NCBI GenBank assembly: GCA_041650805.1
Contig: JBAZKM010000006.1
Span: 17,837 to 81,836, forward strand
Reading direction: 5' to 3'
DNA: 64,000 bases
Source of the DNA: Candidatus Omnitrophota bacterium
Lineage (GTDB): Bacteria; Omnitrophota; Gorgyraeia; 2-01-FULL-45-10
Below are positions 36,289 through 45,569 of this stretch, in pieces. A program made the position numbers and the translations under genes. The notes under the pieces are model-generated. The model was given only the letters and a program-made list of their open reading frames with translations, did not search any database and was not told the DNA's origin. Numbering within the stretch: the first letter of the stretch is position 1; each line of letters begins with the position of its first letter.

Positions 36289-39227
36289 TCACCGATTATC
36301 ACGCTAAATATTTTGCATATGAATTAACAAAACGATGCGCTTCGGATAGCCTGGAAAAGCTTTCGTCCACGCTTTCTAACGCGCAAGTTGACCTTAATCC
36401 CCATCAAATCGAAGCTGCTCTTTTTGCTTTTCGCTCACCACTCTCAAAAGGCGCAATTCTGGCTGATGAGGTAGGTCTTGGTAAAACCATTGAAGCAGGA
36501 ATCGTTCTGTCTCAGAAATGGGCAGAAAGAAAACGTAAGATATTACTTATTGTTCCATCGAGTTTACGTAAACAGTGGAATGCAGAACTCCAAGAGAAGT
36601 TTTTTCTACCATCGATAATATTAGAAACGAAATCCTTTAATCGATATATTAAGGATGGTAATCTTAACCCCTTTGATCAGAAAGACGTAATAATTATTAG
36701 TTCTTATCATTTTGCACGGGCAAAGGCGTCATATTTAAAACAGACTAAATGGGATCTTGTAGTTATCGATGAAGCGCATCATTTGCGTAATGTCTATAAA
36801 AGTAGCAACAAGATTGCAAGAGAGATAAAAGATGCATTGAGTGAAATACCAAAGGTCTTATTAACAGCTACTCCTCTCCAGAATTCGTTGCTTGAATTGT
36901 ATGGTCTTACCAGCGTTCTTGATGAACATCTCTTTGGTGATTTGAAAAGTTTCAAAGCGAAATATGCTCGCGTTTCGCGTGAACAGGATATTTATGAGAG
37001 CGAATTAGGTTTAGTCGAACCCAAGCAGGAGATGTTTACAGAGCTTAGGAATCGTCTTAAACCGGTATGCACTCGTACATTACGTCGTCAGGTACTAGAG
37101 TATATAAAATATACAAAGCGTATTCCTCTGACACAGGACTATATTCCAACAGAGCAGGAAATCGAACTCTACAATGGTATGTCCGAATATCTGCAGCGCC
37201 CAAGACTCTTTGCATTACCTACAAGCCAGCGTCAATTAATTACACTTGTTTTGCGTAAACTCCTGGCCTCTTCGTCATTCGCTATTGCTAGCACTCTCGA
37301 CAGCTTAGTTTATAAGCTTAAGAGGCTTATAGAAGAAGCTGAGAAGCAGCAAGCTACACAGGAAGAAGGTATCCCTGGGCTTGAACAAAACTTTGAGGAA
37401 TATGACGAGCTATCGGATGAATGGAATGATAACGAAGAGGAGGATGAAGAGAAGGCCGATGAGAAAAAGAAATATACTAAAGAAGATATTGATTTAATGA
37501 AGCAGGAAAAGATCGATCTTGAGAAATTTCGTGAACTGGCTAAGAAGATATGGAAAAACTCAAAGGGGGAAGCCCTGCTTATTGCACTTAAAAAAGGTTT
37601 TGAGATGACGGCAGAGCTTGGGGCACAAAAGAAAGCCGTCATTTTTACAGAATCTACAGTTACCCAAAGTTATCTGTTAAAGTTGCTTTCGGAAAACGGA
37701 TATGAAGGTAAGATAGTTTTATTCAATGGCTCTAATAATGATGCTCGTTCAAAAGAAATCTATCAGGAGTGGATTAAGAAGAACAAAGATACAGATAAAA
37801 TTACGGGCTCTAAAACAGCGGATCTACGTGCGGCCCTAATAGAATACTTTAAAAATGATGCAGAAATAATGATTGCTACTGAAGCGGGTGCTGAGGGCGT
37901 TAATCTACAATTCAGCTCACTAGTTATTAATTATGATTTACCCTGGAACCCTCAAAGAATTGAGCAGCGCATTGGTCGCTGTCATCGATACGGCCAGAAG
38001 CACGATGTTGTGGTAATAAACTTTGTGAATCGAAAGAATGCAGCCGATCAACGTGTATATGAGCTATTGGATCAAAAGTTTAACTTATTCAAGGGTGTAT
38101 TCGGTGCAAGCGATGAGATCCTCGGTAGTATAGAATCTGGGGTAGACTTTGAGAAACGGATCGCAGCTATCTACCAGACTTGTCGAAGTGAAGAAGAAAT
38201 TAACTCTGCTTTTGATTCTCTTCAAGAAGAGATGGATGATAGTATAAAAAATAATCTTAGAGAAACACGCCAAAAACTTTTAGAAAACTTTGACGCAGAA
38301 GTTCATGAAAAACTCAAAGTCAATATTAGAGAAAGCCAGGCTTATCTGGACATTTACGAGCATTGGCTATGGGATACGACAAGACACTATCTTGGTGATG
38401 CTGCAGAGTTTTCAGAGCATGAATATTCTTTCTTACTTAAAAGGAACCCATTCCCTGGAGAAAGTAGCATAGATTCTGGCCCATACAAAATTGGGAAGAA
38501 CATAGAAGATGCACATATATATCGCCCAGGGCATCCTTTGGCACAAAGAATACTTGGCGAGGTCAAAAAAAAAGAATTAGAAGATGCCGAAGTAGTTTTT
38601 GATTACTCCAAGAATTCAACTATAATATCAGTTCTGAAGCCTCTTATAGGAAGATCTGGAATTTTAAAAGTGAGCAATTATACTTTAGAGGCGCTTGAAG
38701 CAGAAGATAGGGTATTGGTAATGGCTTTAGATGATAAGGATGATGTAATTCCTCAGGATGTTGCAAAGAAGCTATTCTCTCTCACTGCTGAATCTATCAT
38801 AGCTAAGAATAGCATTTCTGATGATGGAAATAAGAAATTAGATATACTTGAACAAGAATCTGTAGATCTTATCACTACGCGTTGTGCTGAGCGCAACAGT
38901 GAATTTTTTGACAGTGAAGTCGATAAGTTGGACAGGTGGGCAGATGATATGAAGACAGCCCTTGAATTGGAATTAAAAAAGTTGGATATCGATATCAAAG
39001 CTGCTAAGACATTGGCAAAGAAGAATGTGAATTTGGATGAAAAACTTAAAGCGCAACGCGCAGTCAAAGATATGGAAAAGAAGCGCAACGAGATGCGTAA
39101 AAAACTCTATGAAGCGCAAGATGAAGTCGATAATAGAAAAGAAGATTTGATTGCGCGTGTAGAGTCTCAGCTCAAACAAACAACGAGTTTAACCACGCTT
39201 TTTACAATTCGCTGGAAAGTAATATAA
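36285..39227 (+). CDS. SNF2-family helicase (DEAD/DEAH-box ATPase with helicase C domain)
   Basis: Helicase motifs I LADEVGLGKTIEAG, II DEAHHLRN, III TATPLQN, VI QRIGRCHRYGQ. 980 aa with a long coiled-coil C-terminus. Confidence 0.85.
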   Translation: MITDYHAKYFAYELTKRCASDSLEKLSSTLSNAQVDLNPHQIEAALFAFRSPLSKGAILADEVGLGKTIEAGIVLSQKWAERKRKILLIVPSSLRKQWNAELQEKFFLPSIILETKSFNRYIKDGNLNPFDQKDVIIISSYHFARAKASYLKQTKWDLVVIDEAHHLRNVYKSSNKIAREIKDALSEIPKVLLTATPLQNSLLELYGLTSVLDEHLFGDLKSFKAKYARVSREQDIYESELGLVEPKQEMFTELRNRLKPVCTRTLRRQVLEYIKYTKRIPLTQDYIPTEQEIELYNGMSEYLQRPRLFALPTSQRQLITLVLRKLLASSSFAIASTLDSLVYKLKRLIEEAEKQQATQEEGIPGLEQNFEEYDELSDEWNDNEEEDEEKADEKKKYTKEDIDLMKQEKIDLEKFRELAKKIWKNSKGEALLIALKKGFEMTAELGAQKKAVIFTESTVTQSYLLKLLSENGYEGKIVLFNGSNNDARSKEIYQEWIKKNKDTDKITGSKTADLRAALIEYFKNDAEIMIATEAGAEGVNLQFSSLVINYDLPWNPQRIEQRIGRCHRYGQKHDVVVINFVNRKNAADQRVYELLDQKFNLFKGVFGASDEILGSIESGVDFEKRIAAIYQTCRSEEEINSAFDSLQEEMDDSIKNNLRETRQKLLENFDAEVHEKLKVNIRESQAYLDIYEHWLWDTTRHYLGDAAEFSEHEYSFLLKRNPFPGESSIDSGPYKIGKNIEDAHIYRPGHPLAQRILGEVKKKELEDAEVVFDYSKNSTIISVLKPLIGRSGILKVSNYTLEALEAEDRVLVMALDDKDDVIPQDVAKKLFSLTAESIIAKNSISDDGNKKLDILEQESVDLITTRCAERNSEFFDSEVDKLDRWADDMKTALELELKKLDIDIKAAKTLAKKNVNLDEKLKAQRAVKDMEKKRNEMRKKLYEAQDEVDNRKEDLIARVESQLKQTTSLTTLFTIRWKVI

Positions 39228-39235
39228 GGAGTCCT

Positions 39236-40924
39236 ATGAACGGAAGAAAACAAAAATTAGAATTAACATGGATTGGAAAAGAAGAAGAGTTAAGGCTAGA
39301 GCCTAGAATATTAATTGAAGATCCAAAAAAATCTTATGGAGATCCGAAATCAGAAAACGTACTTATTCATGGCGATAATCTTCTAGCGCTTAAGGCACTA
39401 GAACAAGATTTTGCAGACAAAATTAAGTGTATTTATGTCGATCCACCCTTTAACACCGGAGCAGCTTTTGAGCATTATGATGATAGCATTGAACATTCAA
39501 TTTGGCTTCAGTTAATGCGACATCGCTTGGGGTTGTTACGTAATTTACTTAGAGACGATGGATGTATATTTATTCAGCTTGATGATAGCGAGGCATCTTA
39601 TTGTAAAGTCATGATGGATGAAATATTTGGAAGAAATAATTATCTCAATCAAATTTCCGTATCAACGAATAAGCCATTTGGATACAAAAGTACTGCCGCA
39701 TCATTATTTCAACAAGCGAACCAGTTACTTTTTTATGCAAAAAACAAGGATAGTTTTGTTCTAAACGAAAATAAACTATTTATTGAGCGCGAATACGATA
39801 CACAGTATAAATGGGTATTTGATAATATAACTAAACCTGAAAATCAATGGACTTGGAGAAGCATTAATGAAGTTGTTTCTGAAAAACTTGGTTTTTCTTC
39901 ATATGCAGAGGCCAAGAAAAAAATATCAAAGCAGGAAATTGAAACTGAAATTGCTATATTTGCTTTAAACAATGCTAACAAGGTGTTTAGGACTGCATCC
40001 GTAACGGGTGGGGCATTTCTAAAAAGAAAAGATACAATAAAACTATCAAAAGAAAATAAGGCAAAAATTATTAGACATCCAGGCGACGATATGAACTACA
40101 TATTTATTGGTGGAGAAAGAGTTATTTACTATTCAGAGAGATTAATTGAGATTGAAGGTAACCATGTGCCAGGAGAGCTTATTACAGATATGTGGACGGA
40201 TATATCTGTAGAAGGATTAGCAGCCGAAGGAGGGGTTGATTTTCCAAAAGGTAAAAAACCAGAAAAGTTGATTCAAAGATGTATTGAGCTAACGTCATCC
40301 ATAGGAGATTATGTGCTTGATAGTTTTTTGGGATCTGGCACAACATCTGCTGTCGCTCATAAAATAAATCGTCGTTGGATTGGCATAGAGTTAGGAAGCC
40401 AAGCCAATACTCATTGTTTGCCACGTCTGAAGTCGGTAGTTAATGGCTCGGATCAAAGCGGAATTTCAAAAGCAGTAATTTGGAAGGGCGGTGGCGGGTT
40501 TAAATTTTATGAACTTGCGCCAAGTTTACTTCGCAAAGACCAGCATGGAAACTGGGTTATCGATGAAAAATACAACGCCAATATGTTGGCTGCCGCAATG
40601 TGCAAGCATGAGGGGTTTAAATTCTTTCCCGATGAAACCGTATATTGGAAACAAGGTAAATCTACAGAGACTGATCATATTTTTGTTACAACTTCTTTCG
40701 TAACTGTTGAGCAACTGGATAAAATTCATGAAGAAATGAAACGTGGCGAAAGCCTGCTCATATGCGCAAAGTCATTTGCTCCGCCCTGTAAAGATAGACA
40801 TAATAACATTACAATCAAAAAGATTCCTCAGATGATTTTAGGAAGATGTGAATTCGGTAAAGATAACTACGATTTAAATATCATAAATATGTCTAAGGAT
40901 AGCTCTAAAGAATCCGAGGATTGA
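39236..40924 (+). CDS. mod: DNA methyltransferase (N6-adenine/N4-cytosine, beta-class), type III Mod-like
   Basis: Motif IV YVDPPFNTG precedes motif I DSFLGSGTTSAVA (circularly permuted beta order). A central variable region suggests a target-recognition domain. Confidence 0.8.
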   Translation: MNGRKQKLELTWIGKEEELRLEPRILIEDPKKSYGDPKSENVLIHGDNLLALKALEQDFADKIKCIYVDPPFNTGAAFEHYDDSIEHSIWLQLMRHRLGLLRNLLRDDGCIFIQLDDSEASYCKVMMDEIFGRNNYLNQISVSTNKPFGYKSTAASLFQQANQLLFYAKNKDSFVLNENKLFIEREYDTQYKWVFDNITKPENQWTWRSINEVVSEKLGFSSYAEAKKKISKQEIETEIAIFALNNANKVFRTASVTGGAFLKRKDTIKLSKENKAKIIRHPGDDMNYIFIGGERVIYYSERLIEIEGNHVPGELITDMWTDISVEGLAAEGGVDFPKGKKPEKLIQRCIELTSSIGDYVLDSFLGSGTTSAVAHKINRRWIGIELGSQANTHCLPRLKSVVNGSDQSGISKAVIWKGGGGFKFYELAPSLLRKDQHGNWVIDEKYNANMLAAAMCKHEGFKFFPDETVYWKQGKSTETDHIFVTTSFVTVEQLDKIHEEMKRGESLLICAKSFAPPCKDRHNNITIKKIPQMILGRCEFGKDNYDLNIINMSKDSSKESED

Positions 40925-40925
40925 T

Positions 40926-43601
40926 ATGGATCAAAAAGCACAAGCAATTAAGAATAGATTGAGTTTAAGAAAGCCACAAGCTGATAGCTTGGAGATATTG
41001 GCAAAGCTAGCGGATATGTTGGAACTCAAGAAATCTATTGATGTCAATGGTGAGCTAAGTAAAGTACGGGCGTTATACCCCACTTGTACTGATTTTGAAC
41101 GAGATTTTCCTTCCTTATGCTTCTCTTTGGCTACGGGTGTTGGTAAAACACGTCTTATGGGTGCATTTATTAGTTATTTATATGTGTCCAAGGGTATCCA
41201 GAATTTCTTTGTTTTGGCGCCCAACCTTACCATTTATAATAAACTAATTGATGATTTATCTAATCCCAGCAGTCCTAAATATGTTTTTAAGGGTATTGCT
41301 GAATTTACGGCTACGCCACCGCGCATAGTTACTGGGGATAATTACCAGGAGGTGCGTCAAGGGCAAGGGCTACTATTTAAGTCAGTAAATATTAATATAT
41401 TTAATATCTCTAAGATTAATTCTGAAGTACGCGGCGGGCGCGAGCCACGTATCAAGCGGTTATCAGAATATCTTGGGGAGTCTTATTTTAATTATCTGGC
41501 ATCTTTGCCTGATCTAGTTTTATTAATGGATGAATCTCACCACTATCGTGCCGATGCCGGATTACGTGCAATCAATGAATTGAAACCGATTATAGGTTTA
41601 GAATTAACTGCTACTCCGATTGATACGCACTCCAATAAATTCAAAAATGTTGTTTTTGACTATCCCTTAGCGTTAGCACTTCGTGATGGGTTCGTAAAAG
41701 AGCCTGCAGTAGCTACGCGTAAGAATTTTAACCCCGATCAATATCGCAGAGATCCAAAAGAGCTCGATCTAATAAAACTTGAAGATGGCGTACGTATTCA
41801 TGAAGATACAAAGGTTGCCCTTGATATTTATGCCCGCGACACGGGAAATAAGCTTGTGAGGCCTTTTGTATTAGTAGTTGCGCGAGATACGGATCATGCC
41901 AAAGAAATTAGAGCATTGATTGAATCCGATCGGTTTTTTGAAGGTCGATATCGTGGAAAGGTTATGGAGATTCACTCTAATCAACGTGGAGAAGAAAAGG
42001 AAGAAAATGTTCAGCGGCTCCTGGAGCTAGAAAAACCAGGCAATCCAATCGAGCTAGTAATTCACGTTAACATGCTTAAAGAAGGATGGGACGTTACCAA
42101 TCTGTATACTATAATTCCTTTACGTGCGGCAAATTCTCAGATTTTAACCGAACAAACAATAGGGCGTGGATTACGGCTTCCTTATGGTGCAAGAACCGGT
42201 GTTAGCAAGGTTGATAAACTCACTATTATTGCTCATGATCGTTTTCAAGCCATCGTAGATGCTGCCAATGACCCAAATTCCATCATTCGTAAGGAGAACA
42301 TCATTGAGATAGAACCAGAATCTTTACCTCCTTCCCAAGAAGTAGTTACGGCAAGTTCAACTATGGAAAGCGAACTTATTCAAAAGCGTCAAGAAATTTG
42401 CGACATAAAAAATGAAATCGAACGCCAAAAGGCGATTTTTACTCTTGACGCCCGGCAAACAATCGTGGAAACAGTAAATGCTCTTGGTGGGGAGGTTAAA
42501 AACTTAAACGATTTAAAGAGCGATGAAGGTCGTAAGATAGCTCTTGCTAGGATGGCTGAGCGTATTGAGAGTGCTCCCCAGCAAGATCTATTTAAAGGTG
42601 AAATGCTCGAAGCAATTAAAAAAGAGTATGAAGCGGTTATTGAAGAATTAATCGATAAGACTATTCCCATTCCTCGCGTTCTTATTCAGCAGAAAAATAC
42701 TGTTGAATGCGGATTCCATGATTTTGATTTGGATGTAGGTGGATTAAATTATCAACCAGTTTCAGAAGAGATAGTTAGAAGGACCTTACGTACTAATGAA
42801 AGTGAGACGTTAGCAAGTGATGGTGTTGGAGTAGTACGTGACACCGCAGAGAATATAATCGTTAACGAACTTATTAATTATTCGGATGTGGAGTATGATC
42901 GCGAAGCAGAGCTGCTCTATAAATTAACTAGGCAAGCAATCACCAGGCTCGGACAAGGGAAAAGGGAAGAGGATTTACGAAACATTGTGCTATATCATAA
43001 GCGCGAAATAGGTCAATATATCTATGTGCAGCTACAGAAAAATTTCTATCTAAAAAGCGCTGGATTTGAAGAGCCAGTCATTTATCCATTTACAAAGATT
43101 GAACCACATAACTTCTCAAAATATTCTGCAGATAGTGTGCATCATTTTACAGAGACCATTACACCAACGCATTCTATACCGACAAAGGTGTTTGGTGGCT
43201 TTAAGAAGGCTTGCCACAATTTATATAAGTTTGATTCCAAGGCAGAGAAGGACTTCTCAATGATTCTGGAGCAGGATAAAGACGTGATTAAATGGTTGCG
43301 CCCAGCTCAGGCGCAGTTTGCTATATACTGGAAACATAATTCTCATCGATATACACCAGATTTTGTGGTTGAAATGAACGAATCGATTTATCTAGTAGAG
43401 ATTAAGGCCGAGATAGACATTGATGAAGCTGATGTTAAGGAGAAAGCGCAGGCTGGCAACGAATATTGTAATATTGTCACCACATACTACAGAAGCAATA
43501 GAGGAAAGCAATGGAAGTATTCTCTAATTCCTCATACAGCAGTGACGCTTAGCATGAGCGCGCTCGGATTGCTTGAGGGAAATGTTATCAGGCTTCGATA
43601 A
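40926..43601 (+). CDS. res: Type III restriction endonuclease Res subunit (helicase plus PD-(D/E)xK nuclease)
   Basis: Walker A TGVGKTRLM, DEAH box LLMDESHHY, helicase C motifs. C-terminal PD-ExK (TPDFVV...YLVEIKAE). Separated from mod by 1 nt. Confidence 0.75.
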   Translation: MDQKAQAIKNRLSLRKPQADSLEILAKLADMLELKKSIDVNGELSKVRALYPTCTDFERDFPSLCFSLATGVGKTRLMGAFISYLYVSKGIQNFFVLAPNLTIYNKLIDDLSNPSSPKYVFKGIAEFTATPPRIVTGDNYQEVRQGQGLLFKSVNINIFNISKINSEVRGGREPRIKRLSEYLGESYFNYLASLPDLVLLMDESHHYRADAGLRAINELKPIIGLELTATPIDTHSNKFKNVVFDYPLALALRDGFVKEPAVATRKNFNPDQYRRDPKELDLIKLEDGVRIHEDTKVALDIYARDTGNKLVRPFVLVVARDTDHAKEIRALIESDRFFEGRYRGKVMEIHSNQRGEEKEENVQRLLELEKPGNPIELVIHVNMLKEGWDVTNLYTIIPLRAANSQILTEQTIGRGLRLPYGARTGVSKVDKLTIIAHDRFQAIVDAANDPNSIIRKENIIEIEPESLPPSQEVVTASSTMESELIQKRQEICDIKNEIERQKAIFTLDARQTIVETVNALGGEVKNLNDLKSDEGRKIALARMAERIESAPQQDLFKGEMLEAIKKEYEAVIEELIDKTIPIPRVLIQQKNTVECGFHDFDLDVGGLNYQPVSEEIVRRTLRTNESETLASDGVGVVRDTAENIIVNELINYSDVEYDREAELLYKLTRQAITRLGQGKREEDLRNIVLYHKREIGQYIYVQLQKNFYLKSAGFEEPVIYPFTKIEPHNFSKYSADSVHHFTETITPTHSIPTKVFGGFKKACHNLYKFDSKAEKDFSMILEQDKDVIKWLRPAQAQFAIYWKHNSHRYTPDFVVEMNESIYLVEIKAEIDIDEADVKEKAQAGNEYCNIVTTYYRSNRGKQWKYSLIPHTAVTLSMSALGLLEGNVIRLR

Positions 43602-43664
43602 TCTAATAAGTAATGAATATTTCCGAGAAATATATGAAAACAATAACTGTTAAAGAATGTTAGT

Positions 43665-44771
43665 ATGTCAAAAATTACTTCTACAATCTGGGAAATAGAG
43701 CCGCATACGGAAGCTAAGCATGCAATTTTAAGAAAATATTTAGATGCATGGTTGCCCATAATTAGCAGGTGGAATGGAAGGGTTGTTTACATTGATGGTT
43801 TCGCAGGGCCTGGCGAATATATAGGTGGTAAAGAAGGTTCCCCCATAATTGCAATTAAAGCCGTAATGGAGCATAGACTAAAGCTTCGGATGACCGCAGA
43901 ATTTATGTTTATTTTTATAGAAGCTGATACTGAAAGATGCGAGTATTTACAAACAAAACTTAGTGCGTTAAAATTGCCTTCTAATTTAAAATATGAATGT
44001 GTCTGTAAAAAATTTGAAGACGTAATAAAGAGTACGTTAAATAAGTTAGATGAGCAAAAAACGAGGCTTGCCCCCTCCTTTGTTTTTATTGATCCGTTTG
44101 GTTATTCAGGCATCCCATTTGTATTAATAAAACGTATTATGGAAAATCCTAATTGTGAAGTTTTAATTACTTTTATGTATGAAGAAATTAATAGATTTGC
44201 GCAAGATACCAGGTCTGACAATATTTTAGATGAGACTTTCGGGACTGATAAGTGGCGCGAGGTACGAAAAGAAACAGATCCGAATAAGCGCTGTTATTAT
44301 CTTCACGATCTTTACAAAGGTCAATTACAGCATGAAGCTGGAATAAAGTTTGTTCGTTCATTTAAGATGATTAATAGTATGAATAAACCAGATTACTTTC
44401 TTTTCTTTGGCACTAATGAAATTACAGGATTGAAGAAAATGAAGGAAGCAATGTGGAGAGTTGATGAAACGGGCTCATTTCAATTTTCAGATGCTACGTA
44501 TGACCCTAATCAAGCCTTTTTGTTTGAGTTAGAACCAAATTATGTTAAGCTGAAAAATATTATCGTAAAGAATTTTAAAGGTAAAACAGTTAGCGTGGAA
44601 GAGCTTGAGAATTTTATTCTCACAGAAACGCCTTTTACTCAGAATCATTATAAGCGAGCAATTTTAGCAAAAATGGAAAAAACTGATCCTCCAGAAATTA
44701 AGGTTCAAAGTAAAGGCGCTAAAAGAAAAAAGGGGACATTCCCAGGTCAAACTACTATACAGTTTATTTAG
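43665..44771 (+). CDS. TcmP-like protein (three-Cys-motif partner protein family), with SAM-MTase-like motifs
   Basis: N-terminal TIWEIEPHTEAKHAILRKYLDAWLPI...YIDGFAGPGEY and FVFIDPFGYSG resemble the TcmP family (motif I/IV-like). Assignment from memory of the family signature. Confidence 0.45.
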   Translation: MSKITSTIWEIEPHTEAKHAILRKYLDAWLPIISRWNGRVVYIDGFAGPGEYIGGKEGSPIIAIKAVMEHRLKLRMTAEFMFIFIEADTERCEYLQTKLSALKLPSNLKYECVCKKFEDVIKSTLNKLDEQKTRLAPSFVFIDPFGYSGIPFVLIKRIMENPNCEVLITFMYEEINRFAQDTRSDNILDETFGTDKWREVRKETDPNKRCYYLHDLYKGQLQHEAGIKFVRSFKMINSMNKPDYFLFFGTNEITGLKKMKEAMWRVDETGSFQFSDATYDPNQAFLFELEPNYVKLKNIIVKNFKGKTVSVEELENFILTETPFTQNHYKRAILAKMEKTDPPEIKVQSKGAKRKKGTFPGQTTIQFI

Positions 44772-44783
44772 GTGAATTAAACA

Positions 44784-45569
44784 ATGCAAACCATAGACAG
44801 AAAAACATTGCTGTACAAAAGTGGCGTAGAATATGCCGACTTTTGCTTAAACCATGTGGAAGGGTGTTCTCACGGCTGTAAATACCCCTGCTATGCGTAC
44901 ATGATGAAGAGACGCTGTGGCATTGTTAAAACATATGATGAATGGTGCAAGCCAAAACTAGTGGCTAATGCATTAGAACTCTTGGATAAAGAGATACCTA
45001 AATATAAAGATACTATAAAATATGTCCATATGTGCTTTTCTACAGACCCATTTATGTATCAACAGGAACGGGTATGTGATCTAAGTTTAAAAATAATAGA
45101 TAAGCTTAACTTAAATGAAATCAGATGCACCGTATTGACCAAAGGTATTTTCCCAAGAGAAATTGCCAAAATAAATGGTTTTAGTAGAAATAATGAGTAT
45201 GGCGTTACATTAGTTTCTTTGGATGAAAAATTCCGCCAGAGTTATGAACCGAATGCAGCTCCATTTAGGAATAGGATTCAATCGCTCAAATATCTTCATG
45301 ATAAAGGATATAAAACATGGGTAAGCATGGAGCCGTACCCAACGCCTAATTTTATTGAACAAGATTTGAGAGAGATTTTAGATGCCGTATCATTTGTCGA
45401 TAAAATTATATTCGGACGTATAAACTACAATGCCAAGGCGTCGGAGTTTAAACATACGAAGGAATTCTATAATAACCTAGCCTGTTCAGTGGTAAAATTT
45501 TGTAAGCATCATAAAATTAATTATCATATCAAGCAAGGAACTCATACTGAAAATGAGAACCCATTCTAA
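44784..45569 (+). CDS. Three-Cys-motif (CxxxCxxxC) radical-SAM/SPL-like protein, partner of the TcmP-like protein
   Basis: NHVEGCSHGCKYPCYAY gives a Cys triad with 3-residue spacing instead of the canonical CxxxCxxC. 13 nt downstream of the TcmP-like gene. Confidence 0.45.
   Translation: MQTIDRKTLLYKSGVEYADFCLNHVEGCSHGCKYPCYAYMMKRRCGIVKTYDEWCKPKLVANALELLDKEIPKYKDTIKYVHMCFSTDPFMYQQERVCDLSLKIIDKLNLNEIRCTVLTKGIFPREIAKINGFSRNNEYGVTLVSLDEKFRQSYEPNAAPFRNRIQSLKYLHDKGYKTWVSMEPYPTPNFIEQDLREILDAVSFVDKIIFGRINYNAKASEFKHTKEFYNNLACSVVKFCKHHKINYHIKQGTHTENENPF

Noticed and set aside
36084-36302. 72-aa minus-strand ORF
   Set aside because: The plus strand here encodes a well-supported excisionase-type HTH protein (36112-36288) translationally coupled to the SNF2 gene. 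The minus ORF is its antisense shadow.
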